DNA of 64,000 nt from Promethearchaeota archaeon (GCA_019058365.1 JAHPZE010000003.1:96001-160000), one strand, 5' to 3'; numbered from the stretch's first letter, positions 1 to 11,440 are shown. A program made the numbers and translations. Notes: generated from the letters alone by a model not told the origin.

Positions 1-2210
1 CGTTGGACCATTCATGCACGTCTGAACTTACCAGACAAGGCATTTGGCTACCTTAAGAGAGTTATAGTTACTCCCGGCGTTTAGCAGGACTTACTCGGGT
101 TGTAACCCGGATTTATCAGACTGCCACTGGCCAGGTTTCAGCCACTGTAAACAAGTTTTCACTCTATCAGTGACCTATGTTTTTATTAAACAGTCGTCCC
201 CCCCTAGTTATTGCAACTTGTGATCCCCCGCACACTGCCGAAGCTGCGTGTAGAAGATCGCAAGCAAGCCTTATCCCAAAGTTACGGCTCTAGTTTGTCG
301 ATTTCCCTAGCCTCCTTTACACGAATACGCCTTAGGCTACTCACCTAGGGGCACCTGTGTCGGTTCTGGGTACGATCACGGCATTTCTTACTTGTGCTTT
401 TTTAATAGGTCCTGGGATTGGCGGAACCTTCCACAATTGGATGGCTATTCATGATTTAAGCTGGGTCTAAGTATTACACTATTCACCAGCCTTATGCATT
501 TAAATAGGGAAATATTCGACAGCCCTATTCCACCTACCCTGAACCGTCGGCACAAAGTCATGCGTTACCGCTATTTGTAGTGCCGTGGTACAGGAATATA
601 AACCTGTTTCCCTTTCGCGTATACCAGTTAAGGGTACGCTTAGGATCGACTAACTCTTCGCTGACGACGCATTGCAAAGAAACCCTTGCCCTTTCGGCGG
701 ATGGGATTCTAACCCATCTATGCTTTTACTATTACCAGGATTTTCACTACGAGCAGATCTACAGGAACTCACGCCCCTGCTTCTTCTCTACCCGCACGCT
801 CCCCTACCAGATCACGGGGTTCTTCCGCCCGTGCTCTTGGGTCTCGGTGGCAGATTTGAGCCCCGTCCATTTTCGGGGCTATATTTCTCGGCAAATGAGT
901 TGTTACACACTCGTTAGGGAATGGCTACTTCTATACCTATCCTTTTGCTGTTTTAGAAATATAACGCCCTTTAGTTTAACACTTAACCTGCACTTAGGGA
1001 CCTTAACCCAAGTCTAGGTTGTTCCCTTCTCGGCGATGGACTTTACGCCCACCAACCCGTTTCCCAGAGTCTACAGTGCCAGCAGTTTCGGAGTTTAAGA
1101 GTAAAGTGAGGAATTTCTTCCCCATGCTCCGCAATTAGTGCTCTACACCACTGGCTGCCTCGTCTGAGACTTGGCTGATACCAACTTCGGGGAGAACCAG
1201 CTATCACCGATCTAGATTAGCCTTTTGCTCCTATTCCCAGTTCATCCAAGCGAATTGCACGTCAACACTGGTGCAGACCTCCATCGCCCTTTCGAGCGAC
1301 TTCATCTTGACCAGGAATAGATCGACCGGCTTCGGGTATTATAGCAGAGACTTTTGGCCCTTTAAGACCATTCTTCTGGCTTAATTCCTTAGAAGGATTC
1401 GCTAAACGTTTTCAGAATGGCAGAACCACTCTTAAACGAATAGGTCTTCCTAATGTGATAATTAAGTTGCAAGAATATTGGTTTCCCTATGCCTACGCGC
1501 CGTAAGACGCTTAAGCTTGCCACTACTATAAACTCCCTGGCCAATGATTCCAGACTGATGATGCGACCCTAGTCCTCTGTATTCTGACATTCTGTCACCA
1601 GAACTCATTCATGCAGAATCTGTCCTTTCAGGCTGCATCCTTAATAAGCTATTTGGTTTCAAGCACTTTTCAACGCCCTTCCGGGTTACTTTTCATCTTT
1701 CGCTCACGCTACTATTTCGCTATCGGTCTTGGGACATATTTAGATTTACCAGCGTGTATCTGGCATTTTCATACGAGAAAACCATCCCGCATTACTCGGG
1801 GACTCTCGCAGCAACCTTCTAGATTATGATTACGCGGCTGTCACGCTCTATGGCTCAACATTCCAGGGGTATTCATCTTCTCTAGGGAGGTCGTACAAGG
1901 CCCACACACCACATTTCCCATAGGTTTCCCTAGGGATTCAGTTTGATCTAATCCGCTTTCGCTCGCTGTTACTCACGGAATCACTATTGTTTTCTTTTCC
2001 TCCTGGTACTAAAATGTTTTACTTCCCAGGGTTCCCCTTCCCTCACCTTTCGGTTATGGGAATCTTGTGGATTATTGGGCCACAAGAGGATGTCCTATTC
2101 GAGAATCTTGGGGTCTACGTCTACATGCGACTAACCCAAGCTTATCGCAGCTTGTCACGCTCTTCATCGGTGCCCAAGCCAAGATATCCACCAAATAGCG
2201 GAGGCGTATT
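1..2210 (-). rRNA. rrl: 23S rRNA, 5' portion (domains I-IV; continues beyond the left edge of the window)
   Basis: Reverse complement has conserved LSU motifs (TAACTATAACTCTCTTAAGGTAGCC near 47-71; GGTGGATATCTTGGCTTGGGCACCGATGAAG near the 5' end). 5' end is approximate. Confidence 0.97.
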
Positions 2211-2870
2211 GGCGTCTAATTAAGGAAAGATTCAGATTGCTTGTATAAGGGTATGCGTATTCGGAGACAATAAGTCAATTGAGTATTCTTTAGAGATTAC
2301 TCAAAATCATTAATGACGATTTGAGACGATAATAAGAAGACATAAATTAATATTAATTAGGGAGTATGTTCTTATGAGCATGATTTTCCATGCTTGGCTC
2401 CGGTTTCCTCAAACCAACAAAAGTGCTTGTCGGTTTAAGCACTCACTTCCTGTAGTACCAATTTCAAGACAAAAGTCTTTATTGGTATACTTCAGTGAGG
2501 CCTATGCCAATTATCGGTCATATATCATCAGTAATAGATGAGATATTTTTGTAACCGATAACTTGTCGATGACATATAGGGTGTTTTTTATTCGACTCAA
2601 TTAATACCATCGACAAAATATTAGAATAAATCCTTGATTAAAAATTTTATGGTCTAATTTCAAAAATTTAAAAGGAGATGACAAATAGTTTGAGGTTTAT
2701 TAATTAAATGCTTAATAAAGAGCTAAAGCAAAAAAAAGGTGAATTAACGGAGAGTACAAATTAGAAAATATAGTAACTTTTATAGTTTAATTATGAATAC
2801 CTTAAATTATTATTAATGGACCTTTAAGATTTCGAAGGAAAGATGTAAAGCCTAATACGAATAGAGAGTA

Positions 2871-3743
2871 ATGACTGATAGAAAAATATTTGTGGGTACT
2901 TCAGGCTGGGGTTATGATGAATGGGTTGGTCCTTTTTACCCAAGAAATTTACGGAAAGAAGATTATTTGATGTATTATTCGGAGATTTTTTACACGAATG
3001 AGATAAATACTACTTTTTATAATATACCATCTCGATGGGTTGTAGAAAACTGGGTTAATAAAACACCACAAAACTTCTTATTCTCGGCAAAAATTCCTCA
3101 ATCAGTGACACATGAGCATAAATTAGATTCAAGAAATTGCTTAGATGATTTAGATAATTTCTTAAGGGCAATGGATCCATTAATTGAATCTAAAAAGTTA
3201 ATTGCTTTCTTAATTCAATTACCTCCCTCTTTTATAAAAAAGGAGCATTTCAATAGTTTAAAGGAATTTATTGATAACTGGCCCGGTGACCCTAAAAGCG
3301 AGAATTATCATTTAGTAATTGAGTTTAGGGATAAATCATGGATGGATGATGAAGTATTTAGGTTTTTAGAACAGAAATCATTAACATATTGTGCTGTGAT
3401 TGAGCCATTATTGCCTCCAAGGATGGATATTACGAATCCAGCTTTCGCATATGTTAGATTTCATGGTTATGGTAAAGAGATTTGGTTTGATTATTGTTTT
3501 ACTGAAGAGGAAATTAAAAAGTGGGCACACTCGCTTAAAGAGATAATTCCAAAAGTGGATAAAATTGGAATTTATTTTAACAATCATTTTTCAGGGTATG
3601 CTGCTAAAAACTCTCTGATGTTAATGAAGGAATTAGATGTTCAACCAAAAAAATCGCCAGAAGAGATCAATATTTTAGAAATTAAGAAAAAGACAGGAGA
3701 ATTTTCAAAAGGGCAAATAGGTCTAGATAAATTTTTAAAATAA
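2871..3743 (+). CDS. DUF72 (YecE-like) TIM-barrel protein with C-terminal PIP-box-like motif
   Basis: GTSGW, EINTTFY, LIQLPPSF, EFRDKSW, YVRFHG and YFNN motifs typical of DUF72. Confidence 0.9.
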   Translation: MTDRKIFVGTSGWGYDEWVGPFYPRNLRKEDYLMYYSEIFYTNEINTTFYNIPSRWVVENWVNKTPQNFLFSAKIPQSVTHEHKLDSRNCLDDLDNFLRAMDPLIESKKLIAFLIQLPPSFIKKEHFNSLKEFIDNWPGDPKSENYHLVIEFRDKSWMDDEVFRFLEQKSLTYCAVIEPLLPPRMDITNPAFAYVRFHGYGKEIWFDYCFTEEEIKKWAHSLKEIIPKVDKIGIYFNNHFSGYAAKNSLMLMKELDVQPKKSPEEINILEIKKKTGEFSKGQIGLDKFLK

Positions 3744-3744
3744 A

Positions 3745-4773
3745 TTGGATGGGATACAACAGCTTTTGAATGAAAGAAGATTAAGAATTGGGTTTATTGG
3801 AGCTGGTTCAATAGGAAGTTTATTTGGTGGATATTTAGCAGACATTAAATCTAATATTTATTCAATAGAAATAATTTTTTTTTGTATGAAAGAGCATGCT
3901 AATGTGGTTAATAAGAAAGGGTTAAATGTATATAGAAATCAAAAGATCAACGTAATTAAAAACATCAAAGCTTATGAAAACGAAAAATCTATTGAGGAAA
4001 AGTTAGAAAGAGATTTGAATTTTGAATTTGATTTTGTTTTTCTTACAACAAAAGCATATGACATTAAAACAGCAATTCATCAATATAATAGAATCATTAA
4101 AGCGAGTAAATATTTAGTGATTTTACAGAATGGAATTGGCAATGAAGATATTGTGATTGAATATTGGAATAAGGCAAAGATTATTAGAGCGGTGACAACG
4201 AATGGAGCTTTATTGGAGAAACCAGGTCACTTAATTCATACAGGACGAGGTATAACTAAAATAGGATTTCCATTTCTTAGGGAACTTAATTTAGAAGAAA
4301 GTGAATTAGATCAAGCAAACTCGTATTTACTGTTATTGAGAGATATTTTAACTTTAGCTGATTTGGAAACTATTATAGTAGAAGATATAATCAAGGAAAG
4401 TTGGGAAAAAGCGTTGGTTAACATTGGGATCAACGCAATTGGGGCTTTAACTCGTTTAACTAATGGAGAGCTATTGGAAATTGAGGGATTAAAGTATTTC
4501 ATAGAGCAAGCAATTAGTGAAGCAATAAAAGTGGCGGAGATGAAAAACATTATACTTTCCAAAAAAGATTATTTATCAATAACCTATGATGTTCTTAATA
4601 AAACAGCAAATAATAAGAATTCAATGTTACAAGATATCTTAAATAGAAAGCCGACTGAAATTAATTTCTTAAATGGAAGAATCTTGAGGAACGCTGAGAA
4701 CTTAGGTATTAAAGTGCCCTATAATGAGCTTTTAACTTATTTAATAAGAGGTTTGGAAGACTCAGTTATTTAG
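3745..4773 (+). CDS. panE: 2-dehydropantoate 2-reductase (ketopantoate reductase)
   Basis: GAGSIG Rossmann motif, TKAYD, LQNGIG, WEK..N..IN, SMLQD..TEI..LNG. Confidence 0.9.
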   Translation: MDGIQQLLNERRLRIGFIGAGSIGSLFGGYLADIKSNIYSIEIIFFCMKEHANVVNKKGLNVYRNQKINVIKNIKAYENEKSIEEKLERDLNFEFDFVFLTTKAYDIKTAIHQYNRIIKASKYLVILQNGIGNEDIVIEYWNKAKIIRAVTTNGALLEKPGHLIHTGRGITKIGFPFLRELNLEESELDQANSYLLLLRDILTLADLETIIVEDIIKESWEKALVNIGINAIGALTRLTNGELLEIEGLKYFIEQAISEAIKVAEMKNIILSKKDYLSITYDVLNKTANNKNSMLQDILNRKPTEINFLNGRILRNAENLGIKVPYNELLTYLIRGLEDSVI

Positions 4774-5303
4774 TAATCATTTACATCTAAAGTCATAAAA
4801 TACGCATTTTCCCCGTCTCGATAATAGTTTTTTTTGATACTTTCAATTTTATAATTAAATTTTTCATATAATCTAATTGCGGTATAGTTCGACACTCTAA
4901 CTTCTAGAACGTATTCATGAATTTTGTATTTTTTTATTGCGGTCATACTATTTGCCAATAGTGATTTAGCAACTCCTTTTCTTCGATAACCTTCAGAGAC
5001 AGCGATAGAAACGAGATGTGCTTTATTTATATATTTTAGACTATTGGCAGAAGGAGCTTTTTCAACTCTCCACATAATATAGGCTATTATTTTTCCATGT
5101 TTATTTTGAGCTACTAAGAAGCATTCTGGAAAATCATCAAGTATACTTTTATAAAAGAAGTATGGATAATCTTCAGGTAATTCTTTTTCATTTACTTCAA
5201 TAACTTCATCTAAATCCTCAGAACTACATGTTCTAATAAAGAATTCTGAGGGATCATTGGTATTATTGAAAATATTTGTCTTGGTTTCCTTATTAGTTGT
5301 CAT
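4770..5303 (-). CDS. ard1: N-terminal acetyltransferase, Ard1/RimI family (GNAT)
   Basis: LPEDY, HLVSIAV..YRRKGVA, LEVRVSN..AI.LY, YYRDGENA motifs. Confidence 0.9.
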   Translation of the reverse strand: MTTNKETKTNIFNNTNDPSEFFIRTCSSEDLDEVIEVNEKELPEDYPYFFYKSILDDFPECFLVAQNKHGKIIAYIMWRVEKAPSANSLKYINKAHLVSIAVSEGYRRKGVAKSLLANSMTAIKKYKIHEYVLEVRVSNYTAIRLYEKFNYKIESIKKNYYRDGENAYFMTLDVNDY

Positions 5304-5409
5304 TGGTATTTATGCTAAAGAATTTTTAAATATAAAATAGCCATAATAGTATATGGATTATAAAAATAAAAGCTTTTAAGTTTTTATGAATCAAAAACTA
5401 CAGATAATA

Positions 5410-6207
5410 TCAAATTTTTACTGCATCAAATGCTTTTTCTTTTTGTTTTTCAATATAATCAAGAATAAGATTCAGAGTATTTTGAATATTAAGTTTATTA
5501 TTAAAGTTTTTGACAATTTTTTCTAAATATGAGGGATTTAATTCTTTTAATTTCTTTGCGACGTTTATCATTTCTGGTATAGTTCTTACGATATTATCAA
5601 CAATAGTGATATCTGCCCATAAAGCTGTTCTGCTAAGAGGATTTAAGTCAACTGCGATAACTGTTTTATTTAATTTTTTCAAAGCTTCAGTTCTATCTCC
5701 GTCTTCTAAAGGAACCATGACTAAATCAGCATTTGCTATTAATTCTACATTTTTTCGATTGCTTTCAAGACCCTCAAGTTTGATCATTTTTTTGGGGTCA
5801 GTTCCATATATTATCGAAGCTCCTGCTTTTTGTAAAACATTTTTAATTGCTTGAATTCTACCTTTTTTTTGGTAAAATAAATTGATTTCAAGTGGAGCAT
5901 TCAAAATGTTCGATAATATTACGAGTTCATCTGGAACTAATGCGGCAACATTTCCATTTACACTTATGATAGGTCTATCGGCTAATAATATAGAAGCTAC
6001 AGCTGCTTCAATTGCTTTTTTGGCCACATCAGTAGTTTTTTCTCCTAAAATATAATCAAAACATTCTCCTCTTCCATGTGCAATTAACCCTGCCTCTGCA
6101 ACCACTAAATTTTTCATACCTTCGATTATTTTATGACGGTATTTTAGACTTTCATAACGGGGGTGAGACTTAGGAACTAGATGATCTTGGTTTTCGTTCG
6201 AAGTCAT
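5410..6207 (-). CDS. Phosphopantothenate synthetase (4-phosphopantoate--beta-alanine ligase)
   Basis: HPRYESL, GLIAHGRGECFDY, SVNGN, VPLEDGDR, DLNPLSRT motifs of archaeal PPS. Confidence 0.92.
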   Translation of the reverse strand: MTSNENQDHLVPKSHPRYESLKYRHKIIEGMKNLVVAEAGLIAHGRGECFDYILGEKTTDVAKKAIEAAVASILLADRPIISVNGNVAALVPDELVILSNILNAPLEINLFYQKKGRIQAIKNVLQKAGASIIYGTDPKKMIKLEGLESNRKNVELIANADLVMVPLEDGDRTEALKKLNKTVIAVDLNPLSRTALWADITIVDNIVRTIPEMINVAKKLKELNPSYLEKIVKNFNNKLNIQNTLNLILDYIEKQKEKAFDAVKI

Positions 6208-6295
6208 GAGATTTTAAAAATATTACTATTGTTCTTTATATAGATTGATATAAAGAAAAACTATTAATCTTTTGTATAATTTTAAAATTTTGTAG

Positions 6296-7576
6296 ATGAA
6301 TATGAGTTCATTAGCGAAAAAAAAGCCTAATGATTTGCGGATCTATAAAACAAAAAAACTATTAGACGATCTTAAAAAGAAAAAGGGCTTTCATACGGAA
6401 TTAATTACAGTATATATTCCTCATGATAGAAAAATTTCAGATGTAACAAATCATCTAAAAAATGAAATAAGTGAAAGTCAAAATATTAAATCAAAATTAA
6501 CACGAAAAAATGTATTAGATAGTATTTCTAGTCTTTTAGGGCAATTGAAAAACATAAATGATATTCCTGAAAATGGATTAGTTATGTTCTCTGGGGCTAT
6601 TCCCCAGAGTAATACACCAGGAACAGAGAGAAATGAAATGTATATTCTAGAACCTCCAGATAGAGTGGTGACTTTTAGATATCATTGCGCTAGCGAGTTC
6701 CTATTATGGCCTTTAGAGGAAATGTTAACTCCTAGTGATACATATGGCTTATTGGTTATAGGGAGAGCGGAATCTGCAATAGGTTATATTAAAGGTAATA
6801 AGGTTGAAGTAGTTAGAGAATTTACTTCAGGCATCCATGGGAAACATAGAGCTGGAGGTCAATCTCAAAAAAGATTTGAAAGGTTAATTGAAGAGGGAGA
6901 AAAACAATTTTACCGTAGAATTTCAGATTCGGTAAATGAACTTTTCTTAACCATGGAGAATTTAAAAGGTATATTTATTGGTGGCCCAGGCCAATCCAAA
7001 GAAAAATTTGTTAATGACGAGAGTTTAGACTACAGATTAAGAGAAAAAATTTTAGATGTAGTTGATCTTGGTTATGGGGGTTCCGAAGGGATTCGAGCAT
7101 TAATAGAAAAAGTGAAAGACAAAATTGAAGATGTGAAATATATTCAGGAAAAGCAAATTATGCAACGATTTATGAAAGAGATTTCAATTGATTCGGGTTT
7201 AGCATCCTACGGATTGGAAGAAATAAAAAGAGCATTAAATTATGGTGCTGTTGACACTTTAATGCTTTCAGAAAGATTAAATCTATACAAGATTAAATTA
7301 GAATGTTCTAATTGTGAATTTAGTGAATATAGAAATATTAAAGAAAATGAACTTGAAAAAATTAAGGGAGACATTCAAGGAGAAATTTGTCCTAATTGCT
7401 CATCAAATACATTCAATATCACTGAAAATAAATCAATCATAGAAGAACTAGGGGAAATTGCCGAATCAACTGGAACAGATGTAATTATCTTATCAACAGA
7501 AACTGAAGAAGGTGAAATGTTACAAAGTACTTTTGGAGGAATTGCGGCAATCCTTCGTTATAAAATTGATTATTAA
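6296..7576 (+). CDS. prf1: Peptide chain release factor aRF1
   Basis: NIKS, YxCxxxF and GGQ motifs; C-terminal FGGIAAILRY; CxxC..CxxC insert. Confidence 0.97.
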   Translation: MNMSSLAKKKPNDLRIYKTKKLLDDLKKKKGFHTELITVYIPHDRKISDVTNHLKNEISESQNIKSKLTRKNVLDSISSLLGQLKNINDIPENGLVMFSGAIPQSNTPGTERNEMYILEPPDRVVTFRYHCASEFLLWPLEEMLTPSDTYGLLVIGRAESAIGYIKGNKVEVVREFTSGIHGKHRAGGQSQKRFERLIEEGEKQFYRRISDSVNELFLTMENLKGIFIGGPGQSKEKFVNDESLDYRLREKILDVVDLGYGGSEGIRALIEKVKDKIEDVKYIQEKQIMQRFMKEISIDSGLASYGLEEIKRALNYGAVDTLMLSERLNLYKIKLECSNCEFSEYRNIKENELEKIKGDIQGEICPNCSSNTFNITENKSIIEELGEIAESTGTDVIILSTETEEGEMLQSTFGGIAAILRYKIDY

Positions 7577-7631
7577 ATGAAATAAATACTCTAATTTGCA
7601 GGATAATTAAAATAAGGGTTTAGAATTCAAT

Positions 7632-8615
7632 ATGGAACTAAAAGATCAATTACTTACTTTAAAAATCATAATGTTTGGGGGGAAAGGTGGAGTTGGAAAA
7701 ACAAGTTGTGCTGCAAGTTCGGCAATATGGGCTGCAGAACATGGAAGAAATACATTAATTATTAGTACTGATCCCGCTCATTCTTTAGGCGATAGTTTAG
7801 GGGTTGATTTACCCCCTGGGATCCCTACTCCAATTGAAGATATTGAGAATTTAACAGCATTAGAAATTAATCCTAAAGCGAATATGGCTGAATTCAGGGG
7901 ATTAACAGATATGAACCCCTTAGAAGAAATGGGAATGGGAGATATGATGGGAGGGATGCCATTACTAGGTGATCTAGAAGACTTAGCTTCAATGAATCCT
8001 CCTGGAATTGATGAAGCTTTAGCTTTTGGTAAAATTTTAGAATTTATTGAGACCGAACATGATTATGATTTAGTTATCTTTGATACAGCCCCTACAGGAC
8101 ATACATTAAGATTCTTAAGTCTCCCAGAAACGCTATCTGGGTGGATAGGTAAGCTCATAAAAATGAGAATGAAATTAGGCAGCATGTTTGGGGCTTTAAA
8201 AAGGTTGTTTACACGTGAAGAAAAGAAAACAGATAATTCTTTGGATGTTTTAGAAAAGTTAAATCAATCAATAATAAACGCAAAAGATGATCTTACAAAT
8301 CCGATAAAGAATTCTTTTGTTATAGTAATGATTCCCGAAGAAATGGCTATATTAGAAACTGGACGATTACTTAATGAATTGGTTAAATATGAGATTCCCG
8401 TTTCTAATATTGTAGTGAATCAATTATACCAAGATATGACTGAATTATGTGATTTTTGTAAATCTAGACGAGAAATGCAACAAAAAAACCTTAGTAAGAT
8501 AAGGGAAATCTTTAAGAATAAATTAAATAAAATTTTAATTGAAGTTCCATTATTCAAGGAAGAAATAAGAGAATATGAGAAATTAAAAGAAATGGGAAAA
8601 TTTTTAATAAGATAA
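7632..8615 (+). CDS. GET3/TRC40 (ArsA family) ATPase
   Basis: GKGGVGKT, STDPAH, DTAPTGHT, Met-rich insert, CxxC (CDFC). Confidence 0.9.
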   Translation: MELKDQLLTLKIIMFGGKGGVGKTSCAASSAIWAAEHGRNTLIISTDPAHSLGDSLGVDLPPGIPTPIEDIENLTALEINPKANMAEFRGLTDMNPLEEMGMGDMMGGMPLLGDLEDLASMNPPGIDEALAFGKILEFIETEHDYDLVIFDTAPTGHTLRFLSLPETLSGWIGKLIKMRMKLGSMFGALKRLFTREEKKTDNSLDVLEKLNQSIINAKDDLTNPIKNSFVIVMIPEEMAILETGRLLNELVKYEIPVSNIVVNQLYQDMTELCDFCKSRREMQQKNLSKIREIFKNKLNKILIEVPLFKEEIREYEKLKEMGKFLIR

Positions 8616-8620
8616 AATTA

Positions 8621-9595
8621 TTAAGGTAATTCTTGTAAAAAGCTACAATAAGTGCAAATTTTCCCACTTCCACATGGATAACCACATATTTGACATGAAT
8701 TGTATTCTTTTTTTTCTCTGTGATAATAAAGTGTTTCTGATAATTCTAAAAAACCGCTTAGCAAATTAAATTCTATTTCCGGACTATATTTTTTGCATTC
8801 TTGAATAAAATCTAATACTCTTTTTCTTATGATTGGGTCTTTTTCTCTATAAGGGCAATGAGAGGGGTAATAACTGAATTTTTTAATATTTGAATATAAA
8901 AAGATTTCTTCTTCAGGGATTCTTATTAAAGGTGTAATTTTCTTAATAAAATAGTGATTTATCTTATTATACTCTTTCTTAAATAAATATTGATTTGCGA
9001 TTATATCCAAACGTTTATAGAGAATATTCATAAGATAAGTTTCTGCGAAATCAGTAAGGTTATGTCCCATCGCTAAGACAGTACCGCCTAATTCTTTAGC
9101 ACCATCATTCAGTAACCTTCTTCTCCCTGTTGCACAATAATTACAAGCATATTTGTAATCTGAAGATTCTTTTTTTAACTTAATGATCTCATCTAAAGTA
9201 TATCCAATTTTTTCTTTAAAGGAAATAATCTTATGTTCAATATCATGTTCCTTGCAAAATTCTCTTGCTTTTTTAATACTATGTTCTCTATATTCCTTAA
9301 TTCCTTCATCAATTGTTAAGGCTATAATTGATTTAGATTGATGTGTTCTATTTTGAATGTTATTCAAATTATATAGAAGCGAAATTGAATCTTTCCCTCC
9401 TGATAAAGCAACTACAATTCTATCTTCGGGGTCTAGCATTTGATATTTAGAAATTGTTTTATAAATTATTTTCTCAATATTTTTTTGAAAGCATTCTGGA
9501 CAAAGATTTTCTCCAGAGTATTTTCTTTGTATTATAACAGTATTACTGCAGTGTGAACATTTCCCCTTTCTCAAAAAAATATTATAATTACTCAT
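8621..9595 (-). CDS. tRNA 2-thiolation protein, TtuA/Ncs6 (Ctu1) family
   Basis: N- and C-terminal Zn fingers, SGGKDS PP-loop, CxxC, GHNxxD. Confidence 0.88.
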   Translation of the reverse strand: MSNYNIFLRKGKCSHCSNTVIIQRKYSGENLCPECFQKNIEKIIYKTISKYQMLDPEDRIVVALSGGKDSISLLYNLNNIQNRTHQSKSIIALTIDEGIKEYREHSIKKAREFCKEHDIEHKIISFKEKIGYTLDEIIKLKKESSDYKYACNYCATGRRRLLNDGAKELGGTVLAMGHNLTDFAETYLMNILYKRLDIIANQYLFKKEYNKINHYFIKKITPLIRIPEEEIFLYSNIKKFSYYPSHCPYREKDPIIRKRVLDFIQECKKYSPEIEFNLLSGFLELSETLYYHREKKEYNSCQICGYPCGSGKICTYCSFLQELP

Positions 9596-9625
9596 TAAAG
9601 TTATATAAAAAAAGATAGTTAAAAA

Positions 9626-11440
9626 TTAAATCCAAAATAGAAGTCCACCGAATCTAGTAAAAGATAAGATAAAATTACCAACAATGATAAACAATGTAAT
9701 TACTCGTATAATATTTAGAAGTGTTTTTTTGATTTTTCGTTTTTCATCATGCCAATATTCATAAGAGATCTCAATAAGTGAACCATCTTCTAATTTTGTT
9801 TGTTCAGGAAGGTTTAAAGAAACAGTATCTTTAAATCCATCACCAATTTTATCGATTAAACTATATTTTTCTTCAGCTAAAATTATTTCGCTCTGTTTTC
9901 TAGCATCGATTTGATTCTCTATTACAATTTTGACAGAATCTATTTTTTCTACTCTATATTCTGATAAATTGAGATCTTTCTCATCTTTTTTAAATTTGAC
10001 TTTATCAGTTTTTTTCTTAGTAGTTTTGAAATCTTCTCCAAAACCCCAATTAATTAATTCTTTAACCATTCTATCACCATCGAATACTGGCAAAGGAAGC
10101 ATATTAAAGAGAGTTATGCTGAACGCAATAATGAATAACCATGCTATTTCCCTATACCAAAATTCTGGCCAAAAAGATGTGAAGAATTTTGCGAAATCAT
10201 TTTTATACATAAAGTATGAAATACTATAAATGCCAATTTTTACCCCTATTTTCTCAACATCTAGGATATACGTATCAGAAGCAGTACTAAGATTAATAGT
10301 GTTTAGATTAAATTCCGTTAATGCTTGCTCTAATGTATCTCCGCTAGTTCGATTTATTGAAATATTATTTATCTTGGTAATAGTTAATCCAACAGTTAAA
10401 TTTTTATTATAGTTATTCCCTCCTTCACTTGCTGAATATATCTTAGTTATTTGCAATTCAGTGTTTGAGATATAATCATAAAGGATTCCTATATTGTATC
10501 GAGGTCCTAACGTTATATTTTTCTCTGAATAACTATCTGCAGAGGGACTATAAATTCTGAATGTTAAATTATCCCCTATAGAACATTGTAAGCTAGTTTT
10601 ATTGTTTAATATATTATTAAGAGTTCTTCCCGCATAGTTATCAAGATAGATATATTGATTGTCTTCAGTCCCCTTCTTTTTAATAGCTAAAATTACATCA
10701 CCATTTGCTATATTTCCAAAATTAAATCCTCCATCTGCTTCTGTTACTACACTGTTCACTTGAGCGACTTGAGAATAAAAGGGAGTGATGATAAGTGGAA
10801 AACTTAATAATAGTAAGAATGCAACTCCAGCTGTCATTCCATTTACATATGTCCCCGCAGCTGCAATTCGTAACCTTGTATTTCTATGAAATTTTCTAGA
10901 ACTTAATGCTCTCTCATCAACTTCAACAAAAGCACCAAAACCTATAATAAAAAAAATCCCTGCTCCGAGAATACCAGTAGATTTTATATCCACTCCATCA
11001 GCGCCAGCTGAAATCCCATGAGCAAATTCATGTGTAGTTAAAATAAATAATAATGGAAGGATTAAATACATCATGACGGGTAAGTTGATAGTCACACCTG
11101 GAATAAGAGGAACTATCGCTTGTTCAACCCTAGGATTAAAAATCAGGTTAACAAAGTTTGTAAAGAAGAAATATAGAGCATATATTGTAAAGCTAAATGA
11201 TACAAATATGCCTATGGTCCAAAAAATTTTCCAGAATTTGGGAGCTTTTTTTGATATTTTCGCTATGAAATTATTTAATTTTCTCGTTCTAAACATTGCT
11301 AGCATTGGAAACCAGAGATAATATGCCTCCTTTTTATTTCTTAAAACACGAATTAAAAGTAAAACTACAACCCAAAATATTAAAGATAAAATGAACCATG
11401 GATTTAAAATAAAATCTAATATAATATCAAGTACAGACAT
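9626..11440 (-). CDS. Site-2 protease (M50) with PDZ-like inserts
   Basis: HEFAH in a TM segment, GAFVE, FNMLPLPVFDG. Confidence 0.9.
   Translation of the reverse strand: MSVLDIILDFILNPWFILSLIFWVVVLLLIRVLRNKKEAYYLWFPMLAMFRTRKLNNFIAKISKKAPKFWKIFWTIGIFVSFSFTIYALYFFFTNFVNLIFNPRVEQAIVPLIPGVTINLPVMMYLILPLLFILTTHEFAHGISAGADGVDIKSTGILGAGIFFIIGFGAFVEVDERALSSRKFHRNTRLRIAAAGTYVNGMTAGVAFLLLLSFPLIITPFYSQVAQVNSVVTEADGGFNFGNIANGDVILAIKKKGTEDNQYIYLDNYAGRTLNNILNNKTSLQCSIGDNLTFRIYSPSADSYSEKNITLGPRYNIGILYDYISNTELQITKIYSASEGGNNYNKNLTVGLTITKINNISINRTSGDTLEQALTEFNLNTINLSTASDTYILDVEKIGVKIGIYSISYFMYKNDFAKFFTSFWPEFWYREIAWLFIIAFSITLFNMLPLPVFDGDRMVKELINWGFGEDFKTTKKKTDKVKFKKDEKDLNLSEYRVEKIDSVKIVIENQIDARKQSEIILAEEKYSLIDKIGDGFKDTVSLNLPEQTKLEDGSLIEISYEYWHDEKRKIKKTLLNIIRVITLFIIVGNFILSFTRFGGLLFWI

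Noticed and set aside
580-2223. Four plus-strand ORFs
   Set aside because: Antisense to 23S rRNA; artefacts
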